From: Catajapyx aquilonaris
Taxonomy: Eukaryota
DNA length: 41,359 nt
Assembly (NCBI GenBank): GCA_000934665.2
Contig: JYFJ02003477.1
Location: 1 to 41,359, forward strand
Direction: 5' to 3'
Below are positions 27,151-40,398 of this stretch, one piece after another. A program made the position numbers and the translations under genes. The notes below the pieces were generated by a model, which was not told the origin of the DNA, ran no database searches, and worked only from the letters and a program-made list of their open reading frames with translations. How positions within the stretch are numbered: the stretch's first letter is position 1; the number at the start of each line of letters is the position of its first letter.

Positions 27151-29010
27151 CCAGCAAAGACGTCATTCTCCAATCCTAATGAATTTTCAGACCATAAAAA
27201 GGATAGAGATCTCTTTTTATCCGGCTCCCTCAGACTCCATGCATTTGAAACCGGGTCTCTCAGTCTCTAACAAGGAGAATGAAGGGCACTAATTCCGGAG
27301 CGTCGGCAAGAGAGGTGACTAACGAATGACGACCGCTCCTCTTTGCTCGGCCGCTAATTGTGACACCATCTTATTAGACACGAAGCCCAGACCAAGCTCG
27401 CGACTCTGGACTGGATCGAGGGAAAAGAGGAAAAAGCAGTATGTATAGCTCAGCTAACGATTCTATGAACCAGATACTGTATTTGTCAGCACTGATTGTA
27501 AACATCGGATCTGTCCATCTGCCATAAGTGCTGAAGTGTATTGTGAACATGAAAATCGTTGCTTCTAGTTAATATAATTCCTACAATTTTTGAATGCATA
27601 TCCAATTAAATCATTAGGTGGCCATCGATTCACATCAGAGCACGAGATAAAAGAAAATGGCCAAGTACAGTCTGCACGTGTAATATCGCACTCAGAGGCC
27701 ACTGTAAAATTCCTTCATGTAACATTTCAAGGCTCTCTTCCCGTTAAAGAGTGAAAGCGGGAAATTATGACAAGGGCACATGAAAAGATGATGAGAGGTA
27801 TAAATTGTGGAGTAAAGACACTGACCAAGAGGAATTCCTAGGAGACGCAACGCTTTAATAATTTCACCTAACCTAACTGCACCTTGCATTATGCACAGAT
27901 TCAGACATCAGGTGTGAATTATACACGATTGTTGTCTCACCCCCGAGTACTTAATAAAGAATGCGCGAGTGGAAGAGCCCCCTTCAGATTTCTAATTCAT
28001 AACTGTGTCTACTCTTGGAGTTCCTTTGTCAATATTCGATGTTCCATTTACACTCAGAACGTATCTTGATGCACGACCGTCGCGCAATGTGTTATTCAAA
28101 TCAAATAACCCTAGCAGTTGTTGTTATAACGACCTGTTGCAAGCGTACGTGGAGTGGTCTGCACTGAGCTGTAATATTAGAACCAGTTGTAATATTCATT
28201 ATAGCAACACAATTCTTTTTTTCCGTATATAGTTATGTGTTTTTTCCGTACTTTGAAGGCGGATAACAAAGTGCATTAGACATATCCGAGCAAAGCCCGT
28301 AGCTTTGAAACCGACGGGGGTTACAAAGGAAAACTTGTCAAAAGAGGTAAGACTTTATTTCTCCATGACGCTGGGCACAAGCCAAGTCCTGCATAGCTTC
28401 AAATGCAAACCTTGCAAAAAAACAGCGATTTCCGGAGGGTTGGAAGAGGAAGGGGGGTGGGGGGGGGGGTGTGGATTTTTATCCCAGGCAAAAAGGGGCA
28501 ATATCTTCCCGGACTCGCAAGCCAGGAAGAAAACTCAATATGGGAAATGTTTTGTTTCGCCTGGAGCGCCTGATAATAAGGCTGTTGTACCAGGGAAATG
28601 GTAATGACTGTAATAGACAGTAGTGTCAGGATTTCCCGGAGTATGATGTGCAGATTTCCTTCTAGTTCGCATGAGAAATCCGACATTCCAGTTTGGATTA
28701 TGCTGATGCCGGTAGGCGAAAATGTAGCACGATTTATCAAAACTCTATTGCTGCATATATATTTAAAAAATCATATGCAAATGACACCGAATTGGTCGAA
28801 TGAAAAAACCAATAGCTTCTTCATTTAAATTAAACGTATATATTGATGCTGTGTAATAATAATCATTGCACTTCATTGCTTATTAAATTAATTTTTTACA
28901 TAGTACCCAATACTATATACGCCACATTGTCTAGTAATGTTATGCAAATAATTTACTTGTTCTGCCGTGAATATTGAAGGGCTTACTGCAGCATGGCCTA
29001 ATCCACATTT

Positions 29011-29263
29011 GAGGGGTGTGGTGGGAAAAGGTGATATAACTCACTAAAGCGTAATTTTTTAGGAGAGCGAATTGAAGTTTGCATTCTCTTTACAAATCAT
29101 AGGGAATGCGGGGTTTGATCTAGTCCGTGTGGCCGTCTCGTGAATGATATACGTGAACTTGCAGTATACCAAACTGTTGGCATGTCTTTTACATAGTTGT
29201 TTAGGTGTTTAGGTCAAAAATGAGCAAAATGAGGGTTTATCACATTTTTCCACCACACTCCTC
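29011..29263. mobile_element. 253-bp MITE with GAG...CTC ends and ATTT TSD (Sola-like)
   Basis: The left end gaggggtgtggtgggaaaaggtgata and the right-end reverse complement gaggagtgtggtggaaaaatgtgata form an imperfect TIR. ATTT is directly repeated at 29007-29010 and 29264-29267. Confidence 0.8.
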
Positions 29264-29777
29264 ATTTGTGAAGAAGGAGAAAATTTACTCGAAAATTAAA
29301 GAACTTAGATGGGAAAAATGTGTTTGTTGCAAATGGCTGCATAATCTTCTCATGCATGTTTTGGGCCCATGACCCAAGAGTTTATTACAGGCTGAAGATC
29401 ATAAAATAATTAGGAATATTATCCATTAAAACCCTTACGGAGCCTACGTTGTCCGGGTTAGCTCATTGTTGCAGCAAGCCCTTCAATTACTCGATAAAAT
29501 AAACCTATCTTATCAGATTGCTTACATTATAATTTCAACTGTTTAGTTTTTCACTGAAATTGTTACAAACCTGTCTCATATTATAATCCTATATAGCAGT
29601 ATATAATGAACCAATATAATACCGTACCGTAACATCAAATCGAGACTCTCATATGAATCGGATAAGTTGCTGCAACAATAATATCATTTATATCTCTAGG
29701 TAACATTGTACTTTCTCATTTTTCTGAATCCAGTATAGATATTTTTCAAGACATAATAATTATCTAGGGCAATAATT

Positions 29778-30026
29778 GAAGGGGTCGGTGCAATACTGCC
29801 CTAACCCTCCCAAACCTGATTTTGAGAAAACTGCAGTTGAAAGTTTGAGAGGCCATATACATCCCATATACCATGTGACTTATTTCATTTGATTTCTCAG
29901 TGACCGATGGCAGAAACTGCACAATTTCAATGGATTTTATTAGATACATGAGTGTAGTACATGGAAGTGTGCTTAACTCAATTTGTGTCATTTGGTGGGT
30001 TAGGGCGGTATTGCACCGACCCCTTC
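29778..30026. mobile_element. 249-bp MITE with ~36-bp TIRs and AATT TSD (Sola-like)
   Basis: gaaggggtcggtgcaatactgccctaaccctcccaaa (29778-29814) is a near-perfect inverted repeat of tttggtgggttagggcggtattgcaccgaccccttc (29991-30026). AATT lies at 29774-29777 and 30027-30030. A TA-TSD reading with slightly longer TIRs is also possible. Confidence 0.85.
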
Positions 30027-30082
30027 AATTATCATCTCATCTTCAAAAGTCATCACTCTTTTGTTTATGTTATCAGGGGAAA

Positions 30083-30593
30083 AAAACAATATGGGCAAAT
30101 CACGCGAGCGTGATTAGATGAGACTTTTTCTCATTCTTTCAAGTATGAGCATATGAATCGATATACCGATACCGAGATATTGTAGTCTAGGCAGCGCAGC
30201 GTATCGATTCCAGTACCGGCCTGGGCGATAACATCATGGCGGCCGAGGACGCTCATCGCAAACATGTCCGGCAATGTCAGGTTTAATTCCACAGGGTGCC
30301 AGAGCGCCAGGTAAAACCCAGGATAAATATCCGACTCACACGGTCAGAAATCCACGTAAACTAATTTCGAAATACAAACCGTCCGTAAAGTAGACTTGTG
30401 AGTATAGAGTGAACCCGGAAAACCGGAAGTGGCGAGTCACCGGAAGTTGACCATGACACCTATTTAGGTCACGCTTAATCCTAATCTGAAAACCGTGTGT
30501 CGCTATCTCTTGCGGTTTAGGCCCTGATACCTGTCCACACACAGACGGACAGATCCGTTCCATAAGACTTTTTTTCGATGAGAAAAAGTCTAA
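30083..30593 (-). mobile_element. DINE-1/HINE-like non-autonomous Helentron element, copy 2
   Basis: The reverse complement reads ttagactttttctcatcgaaaaaaagtct...tctgtccgtctg...core...gaatgagaaaaagtctcatctaatcacgctcgcgtgatttgcccatattgttt. The architecture matches 5721-6241, with substitutions and small indels. Confidence 0.85.
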
Positions 30594-33500
30594 CAGATAA
30601 CCCCCGCGTTATGTGAAATGACCAGTGGCCTCCCGTTAGTTTGTATTGGATAAGAAAAAAGTCACAAGTCCCTTCGATGGTACTGAACAATGTTTAAACC
30701 ATGCACTAATAATAATGCTTTAAGTTTCCAGTTAACTGTTACGTAGGGACCTTTCCTTGTATTATAAGCTACGAAATATTTAGAGGAAATATTCATGTTA
30801 ATTTTAGTCCTAAGTAAAACATGAGGGTACTCAAAGTGACCCACGAAAGGATTTAGTGGATTTTCTCAAGCTTGACTGAATTAAACATAACATTTTTATT
30901 GTCACCTGGGCGAGACCAGACACACAACGCCATAAAATCAGTGGAAATACAGAGAACTCCATGTAACTGCACAATATTGCCTTCCATGGAGTTTGAAGAT
31001 GTTAAAATGTGCACAGCACATATGATTAACTAATGACCATACAAAATAGGTTAAGAGTTAATCATATATGCGGTACTTACAGAAACTCAAAACATGTAGG
31101 CTTTTTTGAAAAGGGGGCCAACATAAAATCCATAATCAAATTTCCATTATTGCGCAAGCGACTGAAATTAGGGCGCACTTCTTCATCATTAAAATGATAC
31201 TGAACTCATTTTTACTTAATCATATGAAAAAATCAATGCCTACAAAAAAAAACCTGCCATGTAAATTATTAAAGGTGTGAGATTTCCACTGCAGTGGTGG
31301 TTGTAATAGCACCCGTGTGAACTGACCTGAGGCCATATTGTACTATACAACATGTGAGCGTGTGAAGGAACAGCATTTCTACCAGCTTTGTTCAACACGT
31401 ACTTTTTTTTAAATGGCGGAGGATGTAATGGGGTTCTCTCCTCGGCGTCTCCCGGAAATTAAATCTTTTCACCCTAGGTCCTATGGGGGTGGAGAGGAGG
31501 AGGGAATAGGGTAGTGGGGGGTAGTAGTTAGAAAAATAGAGGACTAACCTTGGCACATTATACTCCTGACTGTTATAGCCCCCAGAGAGTGCCCCGTTAT
31601 GGCAATGGTGGGGGTGATTTAAAACTTATTTATTATGCAGGGTGTTGATTGGATCCCTTGTACTATACATTCAGGCAATATGCTTAGTGTTAAGGAAGAT
31701 ACGTGGGGAAAGCGTAAATTGTTTACAAAAAAAAGCAGGGTGAAAAGGAGACATTTACTGAAAATGTCACTAATTTTTCACTTGCTTCTGCGCCTGTCAC
31801 CGCGCCCCTTTGCATATACATCTTGCATTGTAAGTGTATCACTAATATGTTATTTGCACAAAAGTAGGTAATACAGTAGATGTGTGTAATATTATAATGA
31901 CAAAATGGAATTTTCGGTGATATTTCACATGGTAAGACTTTAGCTTCTTAAAATCCATCTAAATAAAAGGATTTTAAAATGAACTAGTGGACATAACTTA
32001 GAAAATATGTAATAATTATGGTTTCCAAATATTTCTAGTCGTGAGTGATCAAGTAATATTAGGTGACAAAAAGCCTGCATAGTGTATGTTGGTTGTTCCT
32101 TTCCCAAGCCGTTTCTTTATATTTGAAGTAGGTCTTCCGCTTTCTTGTTGCAGATCAACTACCCAAGCGCGAAGGGGCCTATAGCTTTTATTCTACCAAG
32201 GGAAAAGACACTGCACCACCATCCGAATATCAAGTTGTGAAAACAAAAAAAAGAAGTCTGAAGGAAACGCCAGGTATCTTACGTCCTCAAGGCGAATAAC
32301 TTGTTCGGATTGATTATGTGCTCCGCCAAGTGCTGCGTGCGTTCTTTTTATGCAGTATAACTTACAACAAACTATAACATGAAGCTGACAAGAGTGATGA
32401 AAAAGAGGTTATTAGTTTTATAAGTAACACTAGGCTGCACCAACTTGCCAAAATTTGGCAACAAATTAGGCAAAAGTCGACGGTGAAGTGCAGAAGTAAG
32501 AGACCAAGCAGGTGGCGCCCTGAGCGGCGGTATTGGGAATTCCGTCGAACAGCCGTCGTCGCGTTTTTTGTGTTTTATAAATTCCCTGGGCACTATTTCC
32601 AAAAAACAAAAGTGGTTTGCAAATGTAGAAAACGCATGCCAAATTTTGACACAACTCCCAATGCTGTAGGCCGTACGGTGCGGGAGGAGTTTACATCACA
32701 GTCGGATATTAATAATATAGAATATTGCAAAATAAATTCCATACATAACACGTTTAAATTATTTTGATGTCAAATTAATCCGATGAGAATATGGCCTAAC
32801 TACAAAATTTGACCTTTTAAGCCTGTTGTTAGCAACTTATTCAGCGCTTAGAGTATTCTGCAGGAATTTAATAGCAAGTAGGATTAGGACAATTGGGTGA
32901 CTCCGTACCAGAACATCCTGTGTTACCTACCTAAAAAATAAACCACTCAATCGATGAGCAGTCAGCCTCTAATTTGCTTTATCCGGTATACTTTAAAGCA
33001 TGGCTTGAATTTGAACAAATTCGAAGCAAAGAGCCGAGTGCTAAATTACTCACATGTGGGAAGTTACCCACCTGCTACGCAGATTTGCATATAATTCACA
33101 TGGTTGGTGAATGTGATTAAAACCACTTTGGTGAAGGGCTAAAAGCGTTTTAGAGCTACCAGGAAAAATAAGTTACAACTGGGAGAGCCATCTCATTCCT
33201 TGAATTTATTGATGAGTGATACGTCTCCTGTTGTACTGTACATCCATTTTAGGAGTCATATTTGCACTTACGGACTCTATACACTTTGGTATGTGGCATG
33301 AAAATAGTATTGGGATTTTCCCTATTTTAATCTGAAATTGGTGACAAAATTAACAATATAAAGACAGCTCTAATTTGAAGTCCGTCATGCAGAAAAATAT
33401 TTATTGCAGCGCAGGGGAGTTTTGAAGAGCAGATTAGGTTTTACAACCAAGACACAAACATTCGTCAGACAGGTTATGCGTCAGACTGTCATTGAAGAGT

Positions 33501-34599
33501 GTCATTCGCATTCGATTCCCATTTCCTGATATTCCCTCTAACTTTTTTTCAGCGAGTTCCTTTGTCATTTTGAATCGATTACCGATTCCAAAAAGCAAGC
33601 TATCGCCGTTTCATTTTCCCCCACGGTTAATCCTTTCACACAGGCAAAAATTCATGAATAAATATAAAAATGACTGGAGGGGGGAGGGATGCTACTATGT
33701 GACTATCGTGAAAATACGTGATCCAGATGTGCAACCTCCCCTCGCCAGTCGAACATCTGTCAATGGATATAAAATTCTCTTCTCTACATTCATCCAATAG
33801 ATGCTAATGGTTGAGTCCAGCCTCACATTTTACCATTTTGCGATCAAATATGCAGATCCCTCCCCCTGCAATACTAGCTACATGCAACATCACTGGGGGA
33901 TTAAAAAGAACAAAGGGCACATCTCCCAACTTTTTTTTTCTTCATGTCTAGCATAAAGTACAGCCTTGTCTAAAGAAATGCAATTAGGCATGTCCGTTGG
34001 GATGTACAAAGCGTGCATCTTCTATATAGCTGCACCTGTTCTCTGTCTGCGACCAAGCTGGTGGAGCTGAAGCAATCGATTCCATTTACCTCATTTCGAA
34101 AGTTGGAAAAGGTCTGGAGGGTGTTCCAGATCCCATCTCTTCCCCGCGACAACTGCCCCTTGATGGACTTCGTGTCGTTTTCCTTTCCCTCATTTTATCT
34201 GCTACTTGTCGAGGACAAGAAAGACCATCAAGAAGTCCTCCAGACGTTTCAAGACGTTACCTGTCCATTAATAAGTCCTGTTTTTCTTGTTCGACTGACA
34301 GCTCCATTTCCACATCTCCAAAAGCAATCAATTGGCACGAATAAGTAGCTGTTGGTTGACAGACAATATAAATGAATACAACAGGTGGATGTATTCGCCA
34401 TTACCTTACGGAATCTTATTTGCGGGACATTTGGGACCGTCCGAGTGACGGAAGTGATATTTGAAAATATCGCAGACAGAATTCAATTTCATGGCGGTTT
34501 ATTAAAATGAACTTCAAGGTATTGTCCATCCTTGCTCATACACTCCCTACCCAAACCCAAACTCGATAAATGAGAGCGATAAGACGATCACTAAGACGC

Positions 34600-35115
34600 T
34601 TACACATACCACCTTTGGAACTAGATTTGTTGAGAAGCAACCTAAGTCACAATTAATTTTTTTTCAACTAAAATCTTGCTTTCAGCTGCATTTTGGAGAA
34701 GAATTTTAATAGTACCTATTTCCTTAACCATGAAGGAGATGATGTAGTATAAGAGCTCAAACTTGAACTAAAAGTCTTCAGGTTACGCCATAAATGAAAG
34801 GGAAGTTAGAGGGGATCCCCGGTTCTATCGGGGTCAAAGTAAGGGACTTCCGAGTTGGTGCAGGTAGGATATCCGAGAAGAGGTAGGTGCAGAGTTCGAA
34901 CGCGAAAAACAACGGTCATCATGTTACAAAAACTAGTAACCGAAGCTACATCGCTGCCATGACCTTTACGGATCATGTTCCAAGTTTGAGCTAAATTAGT
35001 CCAGTCCAACAGCAGAATACCTTTACCCTCGCGTACAGAGTATCCAATTGTGCCGCATAGTACTTGTACAAACGTGAAGAGTTCATGCTCGAGTGAAGTT
35101 AAAACTTTTTTTTGT
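34600..35115 (-). mobile_element. Possible degenerate pogo/Tigger-like (CENP-B HTH/DDE) transposase fragment
   Basis: ORF 34806-35120 (VLTSLEHELFTFVQVL...NLAQTWN...FRVRTLHLP...NSEVPYF) loosely follows the pogo pattern VL..E.E.EL..Y...QLA..N...LS.RTPE...N...V..FF. Confidence 0.3.
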
Positions 35116-35677
35116 AACAATTAAGGACCCGATTTTTCGGGTTTGAACAGCGTGCCCCAGTCCCCATGATCCTAGAAAAAGTCCCGTCTTAACTCCATAA
35201 AATCGATGTTGTCACTTGAGATGAATCGGTTGGGAGCTAGTTCCCTAACCCTTTTTCACACCCTGTAAATCCCGATTAGGAATTCATATAGAACAGAGTT
35301 GGCAGCCACGAGAATCATTCATGAATTTTTCCTGCGGTCCAGTCCGGTTGTTTAAAAAAAAGGGGAGGGGGGGGGGGGGCTAGTTTTTTGAACTAAAAAA
35401 AGTTGGCATGAAAATCGGAGAGCCAGATATCGCAGGGAAAGTAGTGTGAAGTCGACAATCGCACTCCACTACACTATTAAAGAAGGCGCTCTTTTGTTTG
35501 CCTTATCGCAGGGCATGCTATCAATTTCAACTAACTGCTGCACAGCTACGTGCTCAAACGTCACAAGTTTTCATAAACGTCACCGCCCTGGCGATGACAA
35601 ATAACAGTCCGAATGAACTGGAGACTTTTTGGAATAGCTAAAAGTTCATAAATTTCGAAGACCTTGGGGAGGTGGAG

Positions 35678-35698
35678 GGTAGGTAGGTAGGTAGGTAG
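35678..35698 (+). repeat. (GGTA)n microsatellite
   Basis: ggtaggtaggtaggtaggtag, about 5 units. Confidence 0.9.
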
Positions 35699-37248
35699 AT
35701 ATAGGTAGGGGAGGGTGGAAAAAAAATGTTCGTCATTTCCTCCGCACGCGAAAAGTGGGGAGAAAAGCGAGAGGAAAATCAATGTTTGCATGGCGAATGG
35801 AGGGGCGAGAGAAATTATAATGGCCCGCGGTGAAATGAGGGTCTTCCATTACCAAACCAACTATACAACGCCGCCGGCTGCTTTATTACGCATCGCCTTT
35901 TGTGGTTTTGATGAAAGCCGTGACGTCACCTAAAACGTGGATTATTCCACGTTGTCCAATTTTTTGACGGTCGTGCCCCCCCTTCTCTATCCCCCCCCCC
36001 ACCAAAATTCCTCCTAGAAGTTGAGTGGAAAAGGAGGTGGTGGGAAAGGGGGGGGGGGTAAATAATGAAGTTGGCTGGCAATGATAGGGGGGCGGCTAAC
36101 GATCACACAGCCGGTCACGAAATCCTCCCCCACTCTCACGAGAGGTATTTACAGCAACCCCTCCGAGTCAATGTCCCAGGAGTAAGCCCAAAAGGCGAGA
36201 GAGGGAGGAGGGGGTAGAGGGGTGCATTCATCCGGACGCCATATTTTCCAATCTTGACACGCCTACTGCCTACTATTTTTCCTACTCTTAGGCTAATGTC
36301 AGCCCAGCAAAACTCGAGTGCTAAACGAGGCTGGCCAGATCTTCCCAATTGATGTCACCACCACCTTGGCTAAAATTAGGGTTGTGCGAAAAGTTATGTC
36401 GAGAGAGTAGGATTTGTCTAGTGCACGGAAACTTCGTTAGAGGGTAGGTGTACGGAGCCAAATGAGCCGATTATACATGAACGGCCCTGGCTCAAGTGAG
36501 CTGCAGTCGAAAGTCCGGCAAGGAAGGGTACTGCTTGGGAGAAATTATTGGGGCTAAAAGTGAGTTATAAGCAGGGGGATACATGTGTTTGTGGCTATGC
36601 AGTGCTGTACAGTCACGTGCATAAAGATGAGGGTCATCATTACCATCAGTTACTATGGGCACTATTATCTACCCAGTGTGTGCTATAGGGAGTATAAACC
36701 AGCATTTCCCTCCCACACATAACACTGTGCTAATTAGCTTCATGTGATGCCATTGGCTCTCTGTTAAGCCTCTACACACAAAAAATGAACACGTGATGTG
36801 TAATATTGGCAGTGGACATCACGGTAATAGGTTTAGAAGTGTGGACACCATGCGCCTCAAAGGTTGGCAGATATTGCTGCTCAGAAAATGCGGTGCAGGT
36901 GTGTAATAATATTTACATTATCCAGCCAACAACTTCATCCAATCTTGTTTCATGCCCGTGTTGGTTTTACGGTAACAAGCGTGAGTACAATGCCGCCCGT
37001 ACTTGGGGAAAATTCGTATTGTGCGGACCGAACATCGACCGCATCATTTCGAAAAGCTTCTTGTGAAATCAAGAGAGGTGATATCAGCTGATGATGTGAT
37101 CATGCCCCTGCTTTTACATTACATTTTGAAGCCCACAAAATTATGTTACAGCAAGTCCTTTATCGCACCTGCGATGCACTACCTATATTGCGACGCGGAA
37201 CAAAAACGGCAGTGTCGTCCCCAAGTGTCAGAGAGTGAAGCTTGCTCA

Positions 37249-37827
37249 TTAACCTTTCCTGGAAGCGACGCGGACACGACGAGATGGATGTGACGGCTGA
37301 GTTTGCCCGGATCGTCGCAACCCACGATTAGGATCCTCCGCAGTTAAGATTGGACCCTCGCTTATGAGCCCCATTCTCCATGTCTTTTGGACGACGCTCG
37401 TAATTACGGGAGCTAGTGTTTTGTGCAGGATAATTATCTGGTCTACACAAGCTGATTTCTGCAAAGTTGGCAACTCTTCACAATCTTTTCGGATCAGAAC
37501 TTTCGTACATGCCTTTTTGTGCTTAAAAGCACATTTGTTTAAAAATTGCAGAGTATAACGTTTCCTTTCACTACTGCATGAGCCTGCTGCAAAAATTATA
37601 GAGTCCGAGGTCAATGTTATCGAAAATGAATCGTTCCATTTATGGTCGTTCTCGACCAGCAAGTCATGACGTGTAGCCCACACTGTACAAAGATGAATAT
37701 TTAAAATTTCTCCCGCCTTGAAATAAATTATTACAAAACTACGAACAGATTTTGCGCATGTCTCAAGTCGTCCACTGAGTGCACCGAACTTATTTTGAGA
37801 GGAAGCACTCGCATTGTTGACGATCAT
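37249..37827 (-). mobile_element. Possible Sola1-like transposase relic
   Basis: The 192-aa open stretch begins IVNNASASSQNKF..L and continues I.IH......RH...END, loosely like DNC..QNKN...I.H.F...GH...E.D. Weak similarity. Confidence 0.25.
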
Positions 37828-38819
37828 GTTTTCTCAACACAAGCACCGGAGAGCTACAGAGGAAATGGAAGTGATGACAAGTTTTTGGACCGGCCACAGA
37901 CATGGTGACCGTCACATCCAGAGGAACCAAGTCTGCAACGGGTTGCAGGTGCATCCAAGCGCGATCAGAAGAGGAGCCTCCTCCCTTTTAATTAGCAGGG
38001 CGAGAGAGTGCGCGTGTGACAATCCTCATCTGCATTTGTCAGCCGACGGGGGGTGAAACGCGGTTGCCAGACTAAAACAAGGGGGACCCCATTGTCCTCC
38101 CCACCCCCCCCCNCTCCCCACCCCCCCCTCGAAATGGTCCAAGACTCTCTCCAAAGCCAGTGCCTTTCCTTTCCCTCACCGCCTTCCTAAATCTGCGCTA
38201 ATACCGTGTCTAGGCGACCGGGGTTTTGCACCCGGCGAAACAGATCCCCAGCTGAGGCTGTCTGATAAGAACGCCGAACCGGGCGAGAAGAGCCAGCCTT
38301 GCAACTGAGGCCCACCCACCCAACACCACCCCTTCCCTCTAAATGGGATTGCCACCAGCAGCACTTACTCTAATGTTGCTAATTGTGTCCGCAATTGATC
38401 GTTTCCGCCTCCTGTCTTTCAGTTGCCTGCAGCGTTGAGCATGAGCTGCGGATTACTGACCAGTAGGCCTACACAGCGAAGGTTCAGATTGGTGGAAAAT
38501 CTTCATAGGATTATGTGTTTACTGACGTACAGATTTAACTGGAGTTTCGTAAGTCGCGTTTGGATTCGGACGTATGTTATTGCCAGGTGAAGTAAGGTGA
38601 TTTAAGTTTTGCATTGGTTTCGTGATGCTTTTAAGAGTGCAAACAGAAGGTTCTTACCTTTGTGAGGGTGGAGGTGGATGGACAGTAGGCCAGTCCCGGG
38701 AGCCTCTTTATATCATGTAGTACAACATGATGGCCTTTGTTTACGGCTAGTGGGCTTGTCTGCACTGTACACTGCTGCACTCGAAGCCTGTGCACATGAT
38801 AATCTGCTGCAGGAAGTTT

Positions 38820-39465
38820 TAGAGCAAACGCCATCTTGAATCAAAGCAGCCACACTTTCCAACGAGTGCACAGAGCTTCAGTATAATACTGTATGTACAG
38901 TACAATCTGCAAAGTTAGAATATGAAAAACATTAAAAGCTTTCGGAAGAGACACTAAAATTGTGAGCGATTTGTAGCATTTTTTGTCAGAAAATATTAAA
39001 TAATGTGTGGTAGCGTCAATGCTCGTTAATGATATGTTTGGTTTATGGGGGTAGGGAATGGCTGGCTTTCGGTAACGTATATAGTAGTGTTGCCATTTGA
39101 CAACTGTGCCATTGAGGACGAAGTACGTAGTATTGTAGCATTTACTGCCTGGCCTGGATGTATGTACGGGTGTTGGGAGGATCTCGTGTGCGTTGGAAAC
39201 ATTTCCTCATCCCACCCCAACATTACAAACTGATGCTATTCTGCACATGTCTCGTCTGCTCTCCCCTCAATTCGGAAATCGACTTGCCCATAGAGGAGCT
39301 ACAGTCACGTAACTTAGCTCCTTTTTCTCTCTCGTAATAAGGCGATCCTGGCCCTGTATGCGTAATATTCAAATTAGATGAGCTATGTATGATGTGATTT
39401 AGTATTAAGCTTGATTCAGAACTTCTGAGCAAGTTTTTAAAATATTGCCCTTTGCATATCCACAT
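38820..39465 (-). mobile_element. Possible second pogo-like DDE relic
   Basis: ICKG, FPTHT (cf. LP.HTSH), PFPTPINQTY, LPKAF and KCG occur in the expected order across frames. Weak similarity. Confidence 0.25.
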
Positions 39466-40398
39466 TTGTTAATTAATTTCAAACTGCAGCCCTTTCAAGT
39501 ATTAAAAGGATATATTTAACATTCCTATATCACAAGTGTATGTCTCACATAGTGTTATACTGTATAAATGTAAAAAAAATCCTGACAACCATTGTAGGTC
39601 TGGAGTTTTTTTTTCGCATGGTGAACTTGACAGCTTCTCATAAATGTATTTATGTGTCCTTGCTTCTTGGTGCAGTATGTTAAGTGTTAAATAGGATTTT
39701 CAGCAATTAATCCTCACATTATAGTGGTAAATTTAGGAACCCTTACAATTTCCAGTAGATATTATACAGTCATGATGGTGCACTGTCCAAGTCTGCAGTT
39801 CAAGGGAAGATGTTTTAGATTGTATCTTCCAGCAACCAGCATAAAGAGAAGTGTCCTCTTGAAAGCAACAATCAAGAACACAATCATTCCCTTGTTAAGG
39901 ATTATTGTTCCTCTTTAAAGGCAAGGTTGGGTAATCCGGCAAGTTGAGCCTAAAAGTCAGAAAATGTAAGAAGTAAGCACGGTTTTAAGGGGTGTACAGT
40001 AAGCTCTTATAATATGCTTGTGTGTGAATCAGTGCGCAAACTTTAATCACGAGTAAGGTACAACCTGCTTGTAACGTTTTGATGAGAAACTTTCCCTCGT
40101 ACAGTTCCGGTACTCCACTTCTTTTTCCAAACATTATTGTGCTCGAGTACAACCAGGTCTGTATAACGTCTTTAGCATTTACGTTGGAGGCAGCTCCACT
40201 GCAGCTGCAGTTGATTAGAAGCACCTTTCAACCCGTAGGATTCAGCTCATGAAGTTCATTTATCTTTACAATGAGCATGCTATGATTTTGTTCAGGTATA
40301 GTACCAGTATAATATACCATTCAATAATTGTCACAACCTGGGTTTATCGGTGTCTCAAAACTGTTGCTCAATTTGCATATTAATAACTACTGTTCATA

